Below the pieces are notes generated by a model. That model had not been told where the DNA came from, made no database searches, and was given only the letters and a program-made list of their open reading frames with translations. Of a DNA stretch of 64,000 bases, positions 25,458 through 36,295 are shown piece after piece (the stretch's first letter is position 1; every line of letters begins with the position of its first letter). Source of the stretch: Acidobacteriota bacterium (lineage in GTDB: Bacteria; Acidobacteriota; UBA890; WLXD01); assembly GCA_963666055.2 (NCBI GenBank), contig CAXWPH010000012.1:64001-128000 (forward strand), written 5' to 3'. A program made the position numbers and the translations under genes.

Positions 25458-25665
25458 CCCAGCAGAGTTCTTCGGCACCCTGCCAAATTGATCGCCTGGG
25501 AGGCGCATGATAGCGTGCGTGGGCTTCTGCAATTCTTCTTGACGGCTGGCAACTGGCCCCCGTGCGGCTATCTCAGCGCGGCCGATCCCGCTTTCAACGC
25601 CGCGCCCCACGCACACGCGAATCGCTCTCGGCGCCTGTTCTGCGGCGACGACCAAAAGGAATCCA

Positions 25666-26820
<1,155 letters not shown>

Positions 26821-26979
26821 GGCTCTTTCCTCTTTCGCTGCTGGCGCGGCTGCTCTCGCCACATTTCGTGCCCTGCGAAGAATCGACCTGCACGCCATGC
26901 TCCTGATTCGCGCGCTGGCGGACGAGGGTTCGGTTCGTCGGGTGCATTCTGGCGTCCGTCCCGATCGAGACGCTGCAAT

Positions 26980-27258
26980 CTAGCAGGCCGAGGTGAAAGT
27001 GTGGTGGGTCTGGCGACAGGGTCTTGCGAGGCGCAAGCAAGGAGAGAGGAGGAGGCGATGGTTACTCCATCGTTGAGGAGGAACGACGCAGCGTACGCGC
27101 GCAACCCCCTGTCGCCCGAAGGGTTACGGCGATTTGGGGCCATCTGCAGCGTTGGCCTTCCTCGACGATGGCTAGGGCATCGCCTGTGTCAGGCCGCCTT
27201 GCATCTGGCCCCAACTCGCCGTAACCAGACCCACCACACTTTCACCACGGCCTGCTAG
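26980..27258. mobile_element. MITE-like element, copy 2 (inverted relative to copy 1)
   Basis: Reverse complement of 10910-11188 with about 14 substitutions in 279 bp (hand count); CTAG at both ends. Confidence 0.88.
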
Positions 27259-29630
27259 GTGCGTACCCCGAGCGCCTGGTAACCGCCGAGCGACAGGAAC
27301 ATGAGATGCGGCGCCCAGGCCGCCAGCCCCGGCGGCAGCTGGCCGGCATAGCCAAGGGCACGAAACACTCCGAAGGCGATCCAGTAGACGGCCACCAGGG
27401 CGATGGCGATTCCAACGCCGGTGAGAGCGCCCTGCCGGCCCATCCGGAAGGCGAACGGTATGCCGACGACGGTCATCACGAAGACGATCGCCGGCGTGGC
27501 AGCCTTCATGTTCAGATCGACCAGAGCTCGATGCGTCTCATAGCCTCGCTGCCGCAACAGCTCGACGTGCTGTTGCAACTCGAGCGTCGACATCTGCTCG
27601 GGTTGACGAGGGCTCTCTCCGAAGTAGGCCGGGGTGAGCTCGATCGGTAACACGGAGAAGCGGAATTCTTCGAGCTCGGTGGGCGATAGGTTGGCGGACT
27701 CGTCCTCGGCGACGAAGTAGCGGCGCCAGCCGTCGTGCCCCTCCCAGCGGCCGTTGGTGAACTCAGCGCGATCGGCGAACTCCATCCGCGCAATGCCGCC
27801 CGTACCGTCGTCGAGGTAATAAACACGTAGCCCGAGGAGCTGCGGTGGCTCGGCCACGTACTCGGCGAAGTGGAAGACCCGGCCACCCTCGGAAAACACC
27901 CAGGTCTGATCGCGCTGCAAGCTGACGGCGCCGGTGGGGTTCATCTGCTCCTCCACGATGGCCGCCTGCTGCGCTGCCACAGGTAACACGTAGTCCTGCA
28001 CGCCGTACTGAGTAGCAGTCAGCGCCACTGCCGGCAGCAGGATCGGCAGCATCAACCGATAAAGGCTGACGCCGCCTGCGAGCGCCGCCACCACCTCGTT
28101 GCGCTTCGCCATGAGACTGAAGGTGGCGAGCACCGTGACCACTGCCGACATGGGCAGAACATTGAAGACGATCTCCCAGATCTGGAACTTCATGTACGTG
28201 GGGATCATCTCCGGATGGGTCACGTACGACGCCTTGTCGATCCATGTCGTGGTAGCAAAGATGGTCACGAAGGCGGCGAACGTAAGCACCCAAATGGCAA
28301 CGTAGCTGCGCAGTACGTAGCGATCGAGGAGACGCGGAAAACTGGCACCGCGGCGGCGTCCGGCGCGCCGTGCCGGTCGGCGGAGCAGGTCGCGGAAGCG
28401 CTGCACCAGGGCGCTGCGGCGCTCGAGCAACGGTTGTATTCGGCGGACGATGCCGAAGTCGACCTCGCGACTCTTCTTCCACAACAGCACCAGCGCCACT
28501 GTACCCATGATCAAGTTGCCGGCCCACATGCCCAACCACGGCTGGATGTTGCCGACATCGCCCTGCTGCTCGCCGTTCTGGAGGAAGAAGTAGTAGACGA
28601 CGATCACCACTGTGCCGATGCCAAAACCGGCCGCCGTGGTCTGTCGTTGGGTCGATATGCCGAGCGGCAGTGAGATGAGTCCCATGACGATGCAGGCAAA
28701 CGGGAAGGCGTACTTCTTGTGAACTTCGACCTGCAGGTCGTAGGCGGGGTCGCCGACTTGCTGACGGTCCTTGATGGCCCGTCGCAGTTCCGTCAACGTC
28801 ATCGAACGCCCGTCCTTGCCAAGCTGCCCTAGTACCGACCCGTCCTCTTCCTCGGAGTAGATCAGCATCGTCTGGCGTTCGAAGCGTGTCACCGTGGCTT
28901 CGAGCGGGTCCTTGGCCGACCCGATCAGGGTGCCGTTCTCGAGGAGCAAATAGGTCTTACGCGTATCCTCGTCGATACGCAGGAAACCCCGCTCGGCACG
29001 GACAATATTCGGCGGGTCGTTGTCTGTCCGCGCCGCGAAAACTCCACGCCACTCGCGCCCGTCGTCGACAATGTCCTCGATGTACAGCACCAGGCCGGGA
29101 AAGTCCTCGATGAACACACGTGGCTTGATCTCACCGGAGAAAGCGCGCTTGGTGATCGTTTCCCAGTTCATCTCCCGCAAGCTCGTATTGCCCCACGGAA
29201 GCGACACCATGAAGACGTAACTGGTCACCGCCCAAGCGATGCCGGCCAGAATCAACACCGGAGGCATCAGATGCAGAAGGCTGACTCCCGAGGCCCTGAG
29301 GGCGACGATCTCGAAATCCGACGACATGCGACCGAACGCAATCAGACCGCCAACGAGCAGTCCCATCGGAAGGGTCAGCACAACGATGAACGGCAGGCTG
29401 TAGACGATCGCCCACAGCACCGTTGCCAGCTCGGCGCCGTACTGAATCCAGATCTGCGAGATGCGCAATAGGAAGCGCATCAGCATGAGAAACGTGAACA
29501 CTCCGAAGCCAAGCAACGTGGGAGCGATCATCTCCTGGATAACGTGCCGCCACAGGATGAACGCCGGCCTGAACCGACCTGCCACCCGGCTGAGGCCGCT
29601 CACCGGAGCCTCATGTGCCAGCGTGCTCAT
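27255..29630 (-). CDS. Fused LPS export ABC permease LptF/LptG
   Basis: Two tandem YjgP/YjgQ modules (SDFEIVALRASGVS; RNEVVAALAGGVS; LAAWAP). Confidence 0.88.
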   Translation of the reverse strand: MSTLAHEAPVSGLSRVAGRFRPAFILWRHVIQEMIAPTLLGFGVFTFLMLMRFLLRISQIWIQYGAELATVLWAIVYSLPFIVVLTLPMGLLVGGLIAFGRMSSDFEIVALRASGVSLLHLMPPVLILAGIAWAVTSYVFMVSLPWGNTSLREMNWETITKRAFSGEIKPRVFIEDFPGLVLYIEDIVDDGREWRGVFAARTDNDPPNIVRAERGFLRIDEDTRKTYLLLENGTLIGSAKDPLEATVTRFERQTMLIYSEEEDGSVLGQLGKDGRSMTLTELRRAIKDRQQVGDPAYDLQVEVHKKYAFPFACIVMGLISLPLGISTQRQTTAAGFGIGTVVIVVYYFFLQNGEQQGDVGNIQPWLGMWAGNLIMGTVALVLLWKKSREVDFGIVRRIQPLLERRSALVQRFRDLLRRPARRAGRRRGASFPRLLDRYVLRSYVAIWVLTFAAFVTIFATTTWIDKASYVTHPEMIPTYMKFQIWEIVFNVLPMSAVVTVLATFSLMAKRNEVVAALAGGVSLYRLMLPILLPAVALTATQYGVQDYVLPVAAQQAAIVEEQMNPTGAVSLQRDQTWVFSEGGRVFHFAEYVAEPPQLLGLRVYYLDDGTGGIARMEFADRAEFTNGRWEGHDGWRRYFVAEDESANLSPTELEEFRFSVLPIELTPAYFGESPRQPEQMSTLELQQHVELLRQRGYETHRALVDLNMKAATPAIVFVMTVVGIPFAFRMGRQGALTGVGIAIALVAVYWIAFGVFRALGYAGQLPPGLAAWAPHLMFLSLGGYQALGVRT

Positions 29631-30310
29631 CTTGCGATCTCGTAGTAGCGCGCCAGGCGATCAGGCCGCATTCCTAGCGCGTACATGGCGCGCAGTGCCC
29701 ACATACGCACGATCGTGCGCCAGGGCCCCAGCTGGTCCCACCGCCGCGCCGAAGTCACCACGGTGGCCTCCACCGGCACCAAGCTACCGAACTGCTTCAG
29801 ACGCTGCGTGAACTCGACGTCCTCGAACAACGGCAACGGCGCGTAGCCACCGGTAGATTCGAATACTTGTCGGGTGACAAAGAGCCCTTGGTCACCGGTT
29901 GCCACGCCCGTCAATCGACTGCGGAGGGTGATCAAGCGCCCCACGACTCGCAAGATCCATCGCGGAGAGTCGAGGTGCAGGCGAAAGAATCCACCGACGT
30001 AGCCGGATTCGATCGCCTGGATGACGACGGCCCCCCAGTTGGCAGGTAGTCGCGTATCGGCGTGCAGAAACAGAAGTACGTCGCCGGCGGTGGCGGCGGC
30101 ACCGGCATTCATTTGCGCCGCCCGGCCGCGCGCCGAGGCTATCCAAGCGACGCCGGATTCGCGCAGCAGTCGCTCGGTGCCGTCGCTGCTACCACCATCC
30201 ACGAACACTAGCTCGCAGTCGGGCTCGGCGCATTGCTCGCGGAGTTCGCCCAGCAGGGCGGGTAGGGCAGACTCCTCGTTCCAAACCGGGACGATGACAC
30301 TCAGGCGCAC
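29627..30310 (-). CDS. Family 2 glycosyltransferase (TIGR04283-like)
   Basis: SVIVPVWNE, VDGGSSD, GRAAQMNAGA, LFLHADT, TGDQGLF and TSARRW motifs; GTG start at 30310 inferred. Confidence 0.85.
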   Translation of the reverse strand: MRLSVIVPVWNEESALPALLGELREQCAEPDCELVFVDGGSSDGTERLLRESGVAWIASARGRAAQMNAGAAATAGDVLLFLHADTRLPANWGAVVIQAIESGYVGGFFRLHLDSPRWILRVVGRLITLRSRLTGVATGDQGLFVTRQVFESTGGYAPLPLFEDVEFTQRLKQFGSLVPVEATVVTSARRWDQLGPWRTIVRMWALRAMYALGMRPDRLARYYEIAR

Positions 30311-30497
30311 GTGAGCTTCGACAGGCCAAGGAGGGTGACCGGCACCTCGGTGAGGTGCACGCTGGTTGCAGGAGCACTCTGCCCGTCCAGTGTATCTCAG
30401 CACGTCGCGGTGCCGCTCGAATCCGCTCATCGCGGGCCCCCGCCGCCGCTCGGACGTCATTAGCGGCGGTCCTGGGGCTGGGATACCATCCGATGCC

Positions 30498-31400
30498 ATG
30501 TTCCGCGTCGTGATTCTTGGGAGCGGTGCGTCGCTGCCCACCCTTTACCGGCAGCCCGCTGCGGTCGCCGTGCAGTTCGAGGGGGACGTCTATCTGTTCG
30601 ACTGTGGCGAAGGTACCCAGCTGCAGTGGCGCCGCGCCGGTCTGCGCTTCGGGCGCCTGCGAGGGATCTTCATCTCGCACCTGCACGGGGACCACCTCAA
30701 CGGCCTGGTCGGGCTGCTGCAAACCCTTTCTCTGAGTGACCGCTCCGAACCGCTTCGATTATTTGGGCCACCGGGCATCGCCGACTACTGGGCGGCCCTC
30801 GGCCGGTTCCAGGGAGTCCGGCTGGGATACCCGCTGAAGATCGTCGAGGCTGACGGGGGCCGGCTCCTCGACGGCACCAATCACCACATCGAATCCGCCA
30901 GCCTGGACCACGGGATCCCGACCCTGGGCTTCGCCCTGGTGGAGTCCGACAAGCCCGGACGCTTCGACGTGGAAGCCGCGACGTCCCTTGGGGTGGAGCC
31001 AGGTCCGTTGTTTGGGACTCTTCAGGGCGGGGAGAATGTGGTGCTGAGCGACGGCCGGGTGATCATGCCTGACCAGGTGCTGGGAGCAGCGCGCCCCGGC
31101 AGACGGGTGGCGTATTGTGTCGACACGCGACCATGTCGCGCCGCTGTGGAGCTGGCCCGAAATGCCACCTTGTTCCTCTGCGACTCGACATTCGGTAGCG
31201 AGCTCGTAGAGGAAGCGCATAGTCGAGGGCACTGTACCGCTGCGCAAGCAGCCGAGATGGCTACACAGGCCGGAGCCAAGCGCCTGGTGCTCACCCACGT
31301 GTCGGCGCGATACCACGACGCGAGGCCATTGCTCGCCGAAGCCGCTGCGGTCTTCGCCGAAACCGCCATCGCCAGCGATCTGATGGAGGTCATCCTTTGA
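30498..31400 (+). CDS. rnz: Ribonuclease Z
   Basis: LGSGAS.PT..R, FDCGEGTQ, SHLHGDH, GP-rich exosite (GVEPGPLFG), DTRP, THVSARY. Confidence 0.92.
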   Translation: MFRVVILGSGASLPTLYRQPAAVAVQFEGDVYLFDCGEGTQLQWRRAGLRFGRLRGIFISHLHGDHLNGLVGLLQTLSLSDRSEPLRLFGPPGIADYWAALGRFQGVRLGYPLKIVEADGGRLLDGTNHHIESASLDHGIPTLGFALVESDKPGRFDVEAATSLGVEPGPLFGTLQGGENVVLSDGRVIMPDQVLGAARPGRRVAYCVDTRPCRAAVELARNATLFLCDSTFGSELVEEAHSRGHCTAAQAAEMATQAGAKRLVLTHVSARYHDARPLLAEAAAVFAETAIASDLMEVIL

Positions 31401-31918
31401 GCGAGGATTCGCAAGCCAGCCCGTCGCCTGGTCCCTCCGATCAGCGCCGACCGACCGGCACGATGCGTGCCACTGCCGTACGCATGACACAGATCGTCAT
31501 GCCGAACGACAGCAACCCGCACGGTACGGTAAGCGGCGGTCGCGTCATGCACCTGATCGACATTTGCGGCGCGGTCGCCGCCCTTCGCCATGCCAGGCGT
31601 CAGGTGGTTACGGCGTCGTTCGACGACGTGGCGTTTGTCGCTCCGGTGCCGGTGGGGCATATCTTGATCCTGGATGGCATGGTCACCTGTACGGGCAGCA
31701 CGTCGATGGAGGTGCGCGTAATCGTGCACGGCGAGAACCCGATCACCGGAGATGTACGGCAAACAACCACCGCGTTCCTCACCTTCGTCGCCCTCGATGA
31801 CGACGGCCAGCCAGCCGCCGTCCCGGAGCTCATCGCGGAGACCGACGAGCAACGCGAGCTGATGTTGGAGGCCACGCGGCGGCGCCGCACGCGGCTTGCT
31901 CGCTATGACCACAGGTAA
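31397..31918 (+). CDS. Acyl-CoA thioesterase (hotdog fold, YciA-like)
   Basis: PNDSNPHGTVSGG, VVTAS.D.V.F, TSMEV and TFVALD motifs. Confidence 0.88.
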   Translation: MSEDSQASPSPGPSDQRRPTGTMRATAVRMTQIVMPNDSNPHGTVSGGRVMHLIDICGAVAALRHARRQVVTASFDDVAFVAPVPVGHILILDGMVTCTGSTSMEVRVIVHGENPITGDVRQTTTAFLTFVALDDDGQPAAVPELIAETDEQRELMLEATRRRRTRLARYDHR

Positions 31919-32061
31919 GCTGTCGGGGCCACGATCCGCGGCCATTGACACGGCACTCGTGCCCGCCAGGAGCCTGCTAGACTCACGCCTCTCGCACCGT
32001 CCCGGCTCGGTGTCTTGGCGCTCGGGGCGAGCTCCATGTCGACCGTTGGAGGAGGAAAGAG

Positions 32062-32838
32062 GTGCGTATCGCGGTGTGCATGAAGGCAGTGGTCGATCCG
32101 CAGGCACGCATCGAGCTTGACGCGGACGGGCGGCTCCGCGCCGACAACCTGCACTACGAGGTCAACGAATATGACCTCTACGCCGTTGAGGAAGCGATTC
32201 GCCTCGCCGAGGCGAGCGAGGGTGAGGTCACGGCCATCACACTCGGCACCACGGGCGCCATGCAGGGACTTCGCAAGGGCCTGGCGATGGGGGCCGAGGC
32301 GGCCATCCACGTGGATTGCGACACGGATCGACTCGACGCCCACGGAACCGCGACGCTCCTGGCCGCCGCACTTGCGGGGGGCAATTTCGACCTCGTGTTG
32401 GCAGGAGTCGAATCGGACGACGTTGGCACCTCGCAGGTAGGGGTGCTGCTGGCGGAGGCGCTGGGCTTCGCATCCACCACACTGGTCGTCGGCACCTCGC
32501 CGATCGTAGACGGGAAAATGTCGGTACGGCGGGAGCTCGAAGCCGGCGACCACGCTCAGATCGAAATCGAGCTGCCCGCAGTGCTCACCATCCAAACAGG
32601 CATCAACGAGCCGCGCTATCCCAGCCTCAGGGGCATCATGGCAGCCAAGCGCAAGGAGCTTAGGGTGGTTACACCATCCGACCTCGCGGTCTCGGACGCG
32701 GCGCTAGCGCCGCGCGTAGAAACGCTGCACCTGACGACACCACCAGCGCGGCAGCGCGCCCGCCTAATCGAGGGCACGGCTGCCGAAGCGGCGGCCGAGT
32801 TGGTTCGTATCTTGCGCCAAGAGGAGAAGGTGCTGTGA
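32062..32838 (+). CDS. etfB: Electron transfer flavoprotein beta subunit
   Basis: IAVCMKAV.D, NEYDLYAVEEA, LAMGAE and NEPRYPSLRGIMAAK motifs. Confidence 0.9.
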   Translation: MRIAVCMKAVVDPQARIELDADGRLRADNLHYEVNEYDLYAVEEAIRLAEASEGEVTAITLGTTGAMQGLRKGLAMGAEAAIHVDCDTDRLDAHGTATLLAAALAGGNFDLVLAGVESDDVGTSQVGVLLAEALGFASTTLVVGTSPIVDGKMSVRRELEAGDHAQIEIELPAVLTIQTGINEPRYPSLRGIMAAKRKELRVVTPSDLAVSDAALAPRVETLHLTTPPARQRARLIEGTAAEAAAELVRILRQEEKVL

Positions 32839-33791
32839 GCCGGACCGTCTGGATCATCGCCGAGCATCAGGAAGGCCGGCTACATCGTGGCGCAGCGGAG
32901 CTCTCAACGGCCGGCCGCGCCGTCGGAGATGAGGTCGTGGCCGTCGTTTGTGCCGGCGTAGAGAGCGGCATTGCCGAGCAGGTGGCGCCCTTCGTCGACC
33001 GCGTGCTGTTGATCGAAGACGACGCGCTTGAGGACTACACGGCAGGAGGCTACGCGCAGACCATCGTGACGTTGGCGGAGACGCATTCGCCGGCCGTGAT
33101 TCTGTTACCTCACGCCCCACTCGGACGTGACCTCGGACCGATGCTCGCCGCCCGTCTGTTGACCGGGATGATCAGTGACTGCTTCGCGCTCGAGTGGGAC
33201 GCCGGGCTGGTGGGAACTCGATCCGTATACCGCCGCAAGCTCGTGTCACGCGAGCGCGTCACCACACCTGGAACGGCGGTCGCCACGGTCCAGCGCGGAG
33301 CATTCCTAGCTGCGCCTGCGGGCGACGCCGCACCCGTACAACGTGTCGATGGCGCCATGGATGGCTCCGCGGTACGCACCCGGCTGGTGTCGTTGGATCA
33401 CGCAGCGCCCAGCGAGGAGGACATCACCGACGCCAAGATCGTCGTGGCCGGCGGTCGCGGCCTCGGCGATGCTGACAAGTTCCCTCTGGTGCGGGAGCTG
33501 GCGGAGGCAATCGGCGGCGTCATGGCAGCTTCGCGTCCGGTGGTCGACCAGGGCTGGGTACCGCATGACCGTCAGGTCGGTTCCTCCGGCACGACGGTAC
33601 GACCGCAGCTCTACATCGCGCTGGGGATCTCCGGGGCCATCCAGCACATCGTCGGCATGCGGGAGAGCGACGTGATCGTCGCCATCAACAAGGACGGCCA
33701 GGCTCCCATCTTCGAGTACGCGCACTACGGCATCGTCGATGACCTTTTCAAGGTGGTACCGGCGCTGATCGAGGCACTCAAGGCGGACTAG
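32835..33791 (+). CDS. etfA: Electron transfer flavoprotein alpha subunit
   Basis: VVAGGRG, ASRPVVD, QVGSSG and LYIALGISGAIQH motifs. Confidence 0.92.
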   Translation: MSRTVWIIAEHQEGRLHRGAAELSTAGRAVGDEVVAVVCAGVESGIAEQVAPFVDRVLLIEDDALEDYTAGGYAQTIVTLAETHSPAVILLPHAPLGRDLGPMLAARLLTGMISDCFALEWDAGLVGTRSVYRRKLVSRERVTTPGTAVATVQRGAFLAAPAGDAAPVQRVDGAMDGSAVRTRLVSLDHAAPSEEDITDAKIVVAGGRGLGDADKFPLVRELAEAIGGVMAASRPVVDQGWVPHDRQVGSSGTTVRPQLYIALGISGAIQHIVGMRESDVIVAINKDGQAPIFEYAHYGIVDDLFKVVPALIEALKAD

Positions 33792-33796
33792 CGCGG

Positions 33797-34542
33797 TTAT
33801 CGCGTCACTGACGCCGGCGCTCGATCTCGCGCCGCACGGCGCTGAGCCCTTTCTGCACTCCATCGCGGGCCGTTGCGTACCAGCGGCCCGATAATCGGGC
33901 GCAATAGCAGTGGCCCGCGCCGCGTCAGTATGAGGCTCTCGTTTTCCATAAAGACACCGTCTTCGACCTGCTCGTAGCGCCAACCTGTTCGGATGCGCCA
34001 GAGATAGCCGTCACCCTCGGGCTTCTCGTGCTCGCCAGGCTTGTCGACATCACCGATCTCGCGTATCCGCGACGCGTGGGCCATCGAGAAGACGCGGGTC
34101 GGAGTCAGGCGCTCGTAGCGGACTTCGTGGTAGGTGTCGTAGGTCACGGTGATGATCTTCTTCTGGCGTACCCGCAAATGGACGAGCATCTCGTTGGCGG
34201 AGCGGCGTTCCACGATACGGGCACTCATCACATCGGGGGCAAAGATAGGCGCGTAGGCGTCGTAGTCCTGGGCGATAGCGAGTATCTCCTCGAGGCGTGC
34301 CGAGGGAACGAATGTCGTGCCGATCCAGTGGTGTACCCAGGCGTTCGGATGTTCAGAAAAACATCGGGATCGTTGAGTTCGACCGCTGCCGCATCTGCGG
34401 CAACGGCGGCGTAGCGCTCGAAGGCGGCGAGGGTCTCGCTCGGAATCTCCGCCAAACGCGCCCCCAGCGTCGCCGCTGAGAATGTGGCACCCGCGAAGGC
34501 CACAAGCCCGAGCGTCGCGGGTAAACCGATCCGTGCCGGCAC
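33797..34542 (-). pseudogene. Frameshifted exported hypothetical protein
   Basis: Signal peptide plus ETLAAFERY...DVFLNI in one frame; the sequence continues as PNAWVHHWIGTTFVP...QDYDAY...YLWRIRTGWRY in another frame that has no start until 34231. Confidence 0.6.
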
Positions 34543-34550
34543 GCCGACGC

Positions 34551-36176
34551 TCAGTCGAGTTCCAGGTTGTCGCCGCGGCTTTGATTGCACAGCTCTTCGA
34601 GCTCCTCGACCGTGCTGATATCGTCCGGCGTCAGATCGACTCTGAGTCTCACGATGCGTGGAAAGCGCAAGGCGAAGCCGCTCGGGTGGCGGCGACTCCG
34701 CCGGATCTCATCGAAGGCAACTTCGAGAACGACCTCCGGGACTAGGCGCCGGATCGAGCCGTCACCCGATAGCGTCTGCTTACGGAAGCGGCGAGTCAAT
34801 TCGCGTATGACGTCGTCTGTGAGGCCACTGTACGCGCGACCGGAATCGAGCAGGCCATCTTCGCCGCGTACCGCGAAGATCAAGTCAGACAGCATCCCGG
34901 CACGCTTGCCGCGCCCCCATTCGGCGCCCGTGACCACGACGTCGATCGTTCCCGCCGGTCGTTTCAGCTTCACCCAGGAGCGGCCGCGTCTGCCGGGCAC
35001 ATAGCGACTCGCGGGATCCTTGAACACCGCCCCTTCGTTGTTGCGCTCCACTGCGGCGGCGAACCACGCAGCGAGCTCACCTTCGGTGCGCAGCAGCTCC
35101 CAAGGGGCGCGCCGCACACATCCATCGATGGGCAGACTGTTCAACGCCTCCTTGCGATGCAACAACGGCGCATCGATCAGGTCCTCGCTGGCGGCGCGGA
35201 GCACGTCGAACGCAAGAAAGACAACCGGGGCGTCGAGCAGTAGGGTCAGTGGCACTTGGTTGCGACCCAGACGGCTTTGCAGCGTGGCAAACGAGAGGCA
35301 GCGATCGTCGAGCCAGGCGACAACCTCGCCGTCGAGGATCCACTCGCCCTCCAGGCCGTCGATCCCGCGGCGTAGCTCGGGGAAGAAATGGGTGAAATCT
35401 TCCAGGGTGCGCGAGTAGAGCCGCTGTTCTCTGGAAGAGACATGCAGCTGAGCGCGGATGCCGTCAAACTTGTCCTCTGCGACGACCGGCGGACTGAGGC
35501 TCTCGAGCACTGCGGCGACACTGTTACAGGGGTGCGCGAGCATGACCCGCACCGGGCGCTGGGCCTGCAAGGATACGGAATCGAGCGTCTCGGACGCGGC
35601 GTGCTCGGCGGCGAATCCGATATCCCCGAGCAGCATATGCGCCCGCCGCACCGCTGCAGCAGGCTGGTCGAATGCCAGTGCGATGGCTTCCTCGACGCGC
35701 GCCGCCTGCACACCGGTACGCAGCGACCCGAGGAGGAGCTTGACGAGGTACTTGGCTTCCAGCGAGGTGACGCGCGCCAGCAGGGCCTGTAATAGCTTTG
35801 TGCGCCGCGTCGCGCCTACCTCGCCGAGTTGTTGCAGCGCCTCGGCAACCTCCGCCAGCGTCAGACGAGGGCCGGCGCGCCGGTGCCCCTCGAGAAGCGC
35901 GCCCACCGCGATCCCAAGGTCGCCCTCCAGGGTTGCCCGCTGCAGCAACTCACGCCGGTCCTGGCCGGCGAAGGCGGCCACTAGATCGATCAGCGTCGAT
36001 CGGCCCACGCGCGTCGCCGGCGTACGAGGGGGTAGGGGAGCACCGGAAAGAAAGCGGGCGGCGGTGGCGACCCGTAGCGCGTCCTGGCTCGCCAGATACG
36101 CAGCCGCAGACCGTACCTTGGCGTCAGTCGAAGCGTGGCCGGAGATGGTTTCCAGCGTCAAAGCCAGAGCACGCAT
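34551..36176 (-). CDS. ATP-dependent DNA ligase
   Basis: EDKFDGIRAQ.H (KxDG), LDGEV, AFD.L, EG..FK, W.KLK and LRFPRI motifs. Confidence 0.92.
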   Translation of the reverse strand: MRALALTLETISGHASTDAKVRSAAAYLASQDALRVATAARFLSGAPLPPRTPATRVGRSTLIDLVAAFAGQDRRELLQRATLEGDLGIAVGALLEGHRRAGPRLTLAEVAEALQQLGEVGATRRTKLLQALLARVTSLEAKYLVKLLLGSLRTGVQAARVEEAIALAFDQPAAAVRRAHMLLGDIGFAAEHAASETLDSVSLQAQRPVRVMLAHPCNSVAAVLESLSPPVVAEDKFDGIRAQLHVSSREQRLYSRTLEDFTHFFPELRRGIDGLEGEWILDGEVVAWLDDRCLSFATLQSRLGRNQVPLTLLLDAPVVFLAFDVLRAASEDLIDAPLLHRKEALNSLPIDGCVRRAPWELLRTEGELAAWFAAAVERNNEGAVFKDPASRYVPGRRGRSWVKLKRPAGTIDVVVTGAEWGRGKRAGMLSDLIFAVRGEDGLLDSGRAYSGLTDDVIRELTRRFRKQTLSGDGSIRRLVPEVVLEVAFDEIRRSRRHPSGFALRFPRIVRLRVDLTPDDISTVEELEELCNQSRGDNLELD

Positions 36177-36295
36177 GGGCGCGCACTCTAACCAACCAAG
36201 GGAAACGCCGCAACAGAACCTCGTGCGCCGCCCCCGCCGAGAGTTAGCCCAGTCGCTGAACTACGCGTGCCGGCGGCGGCGCGCCGCGGTCCAGC

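Noticed and set aside
25458-25665. Possible SAM riboswitch upstream of metK
   Set aside because: No SAM-I or SAM-II consensus elements recognisable by eye; an Rfam covariance search would be needed
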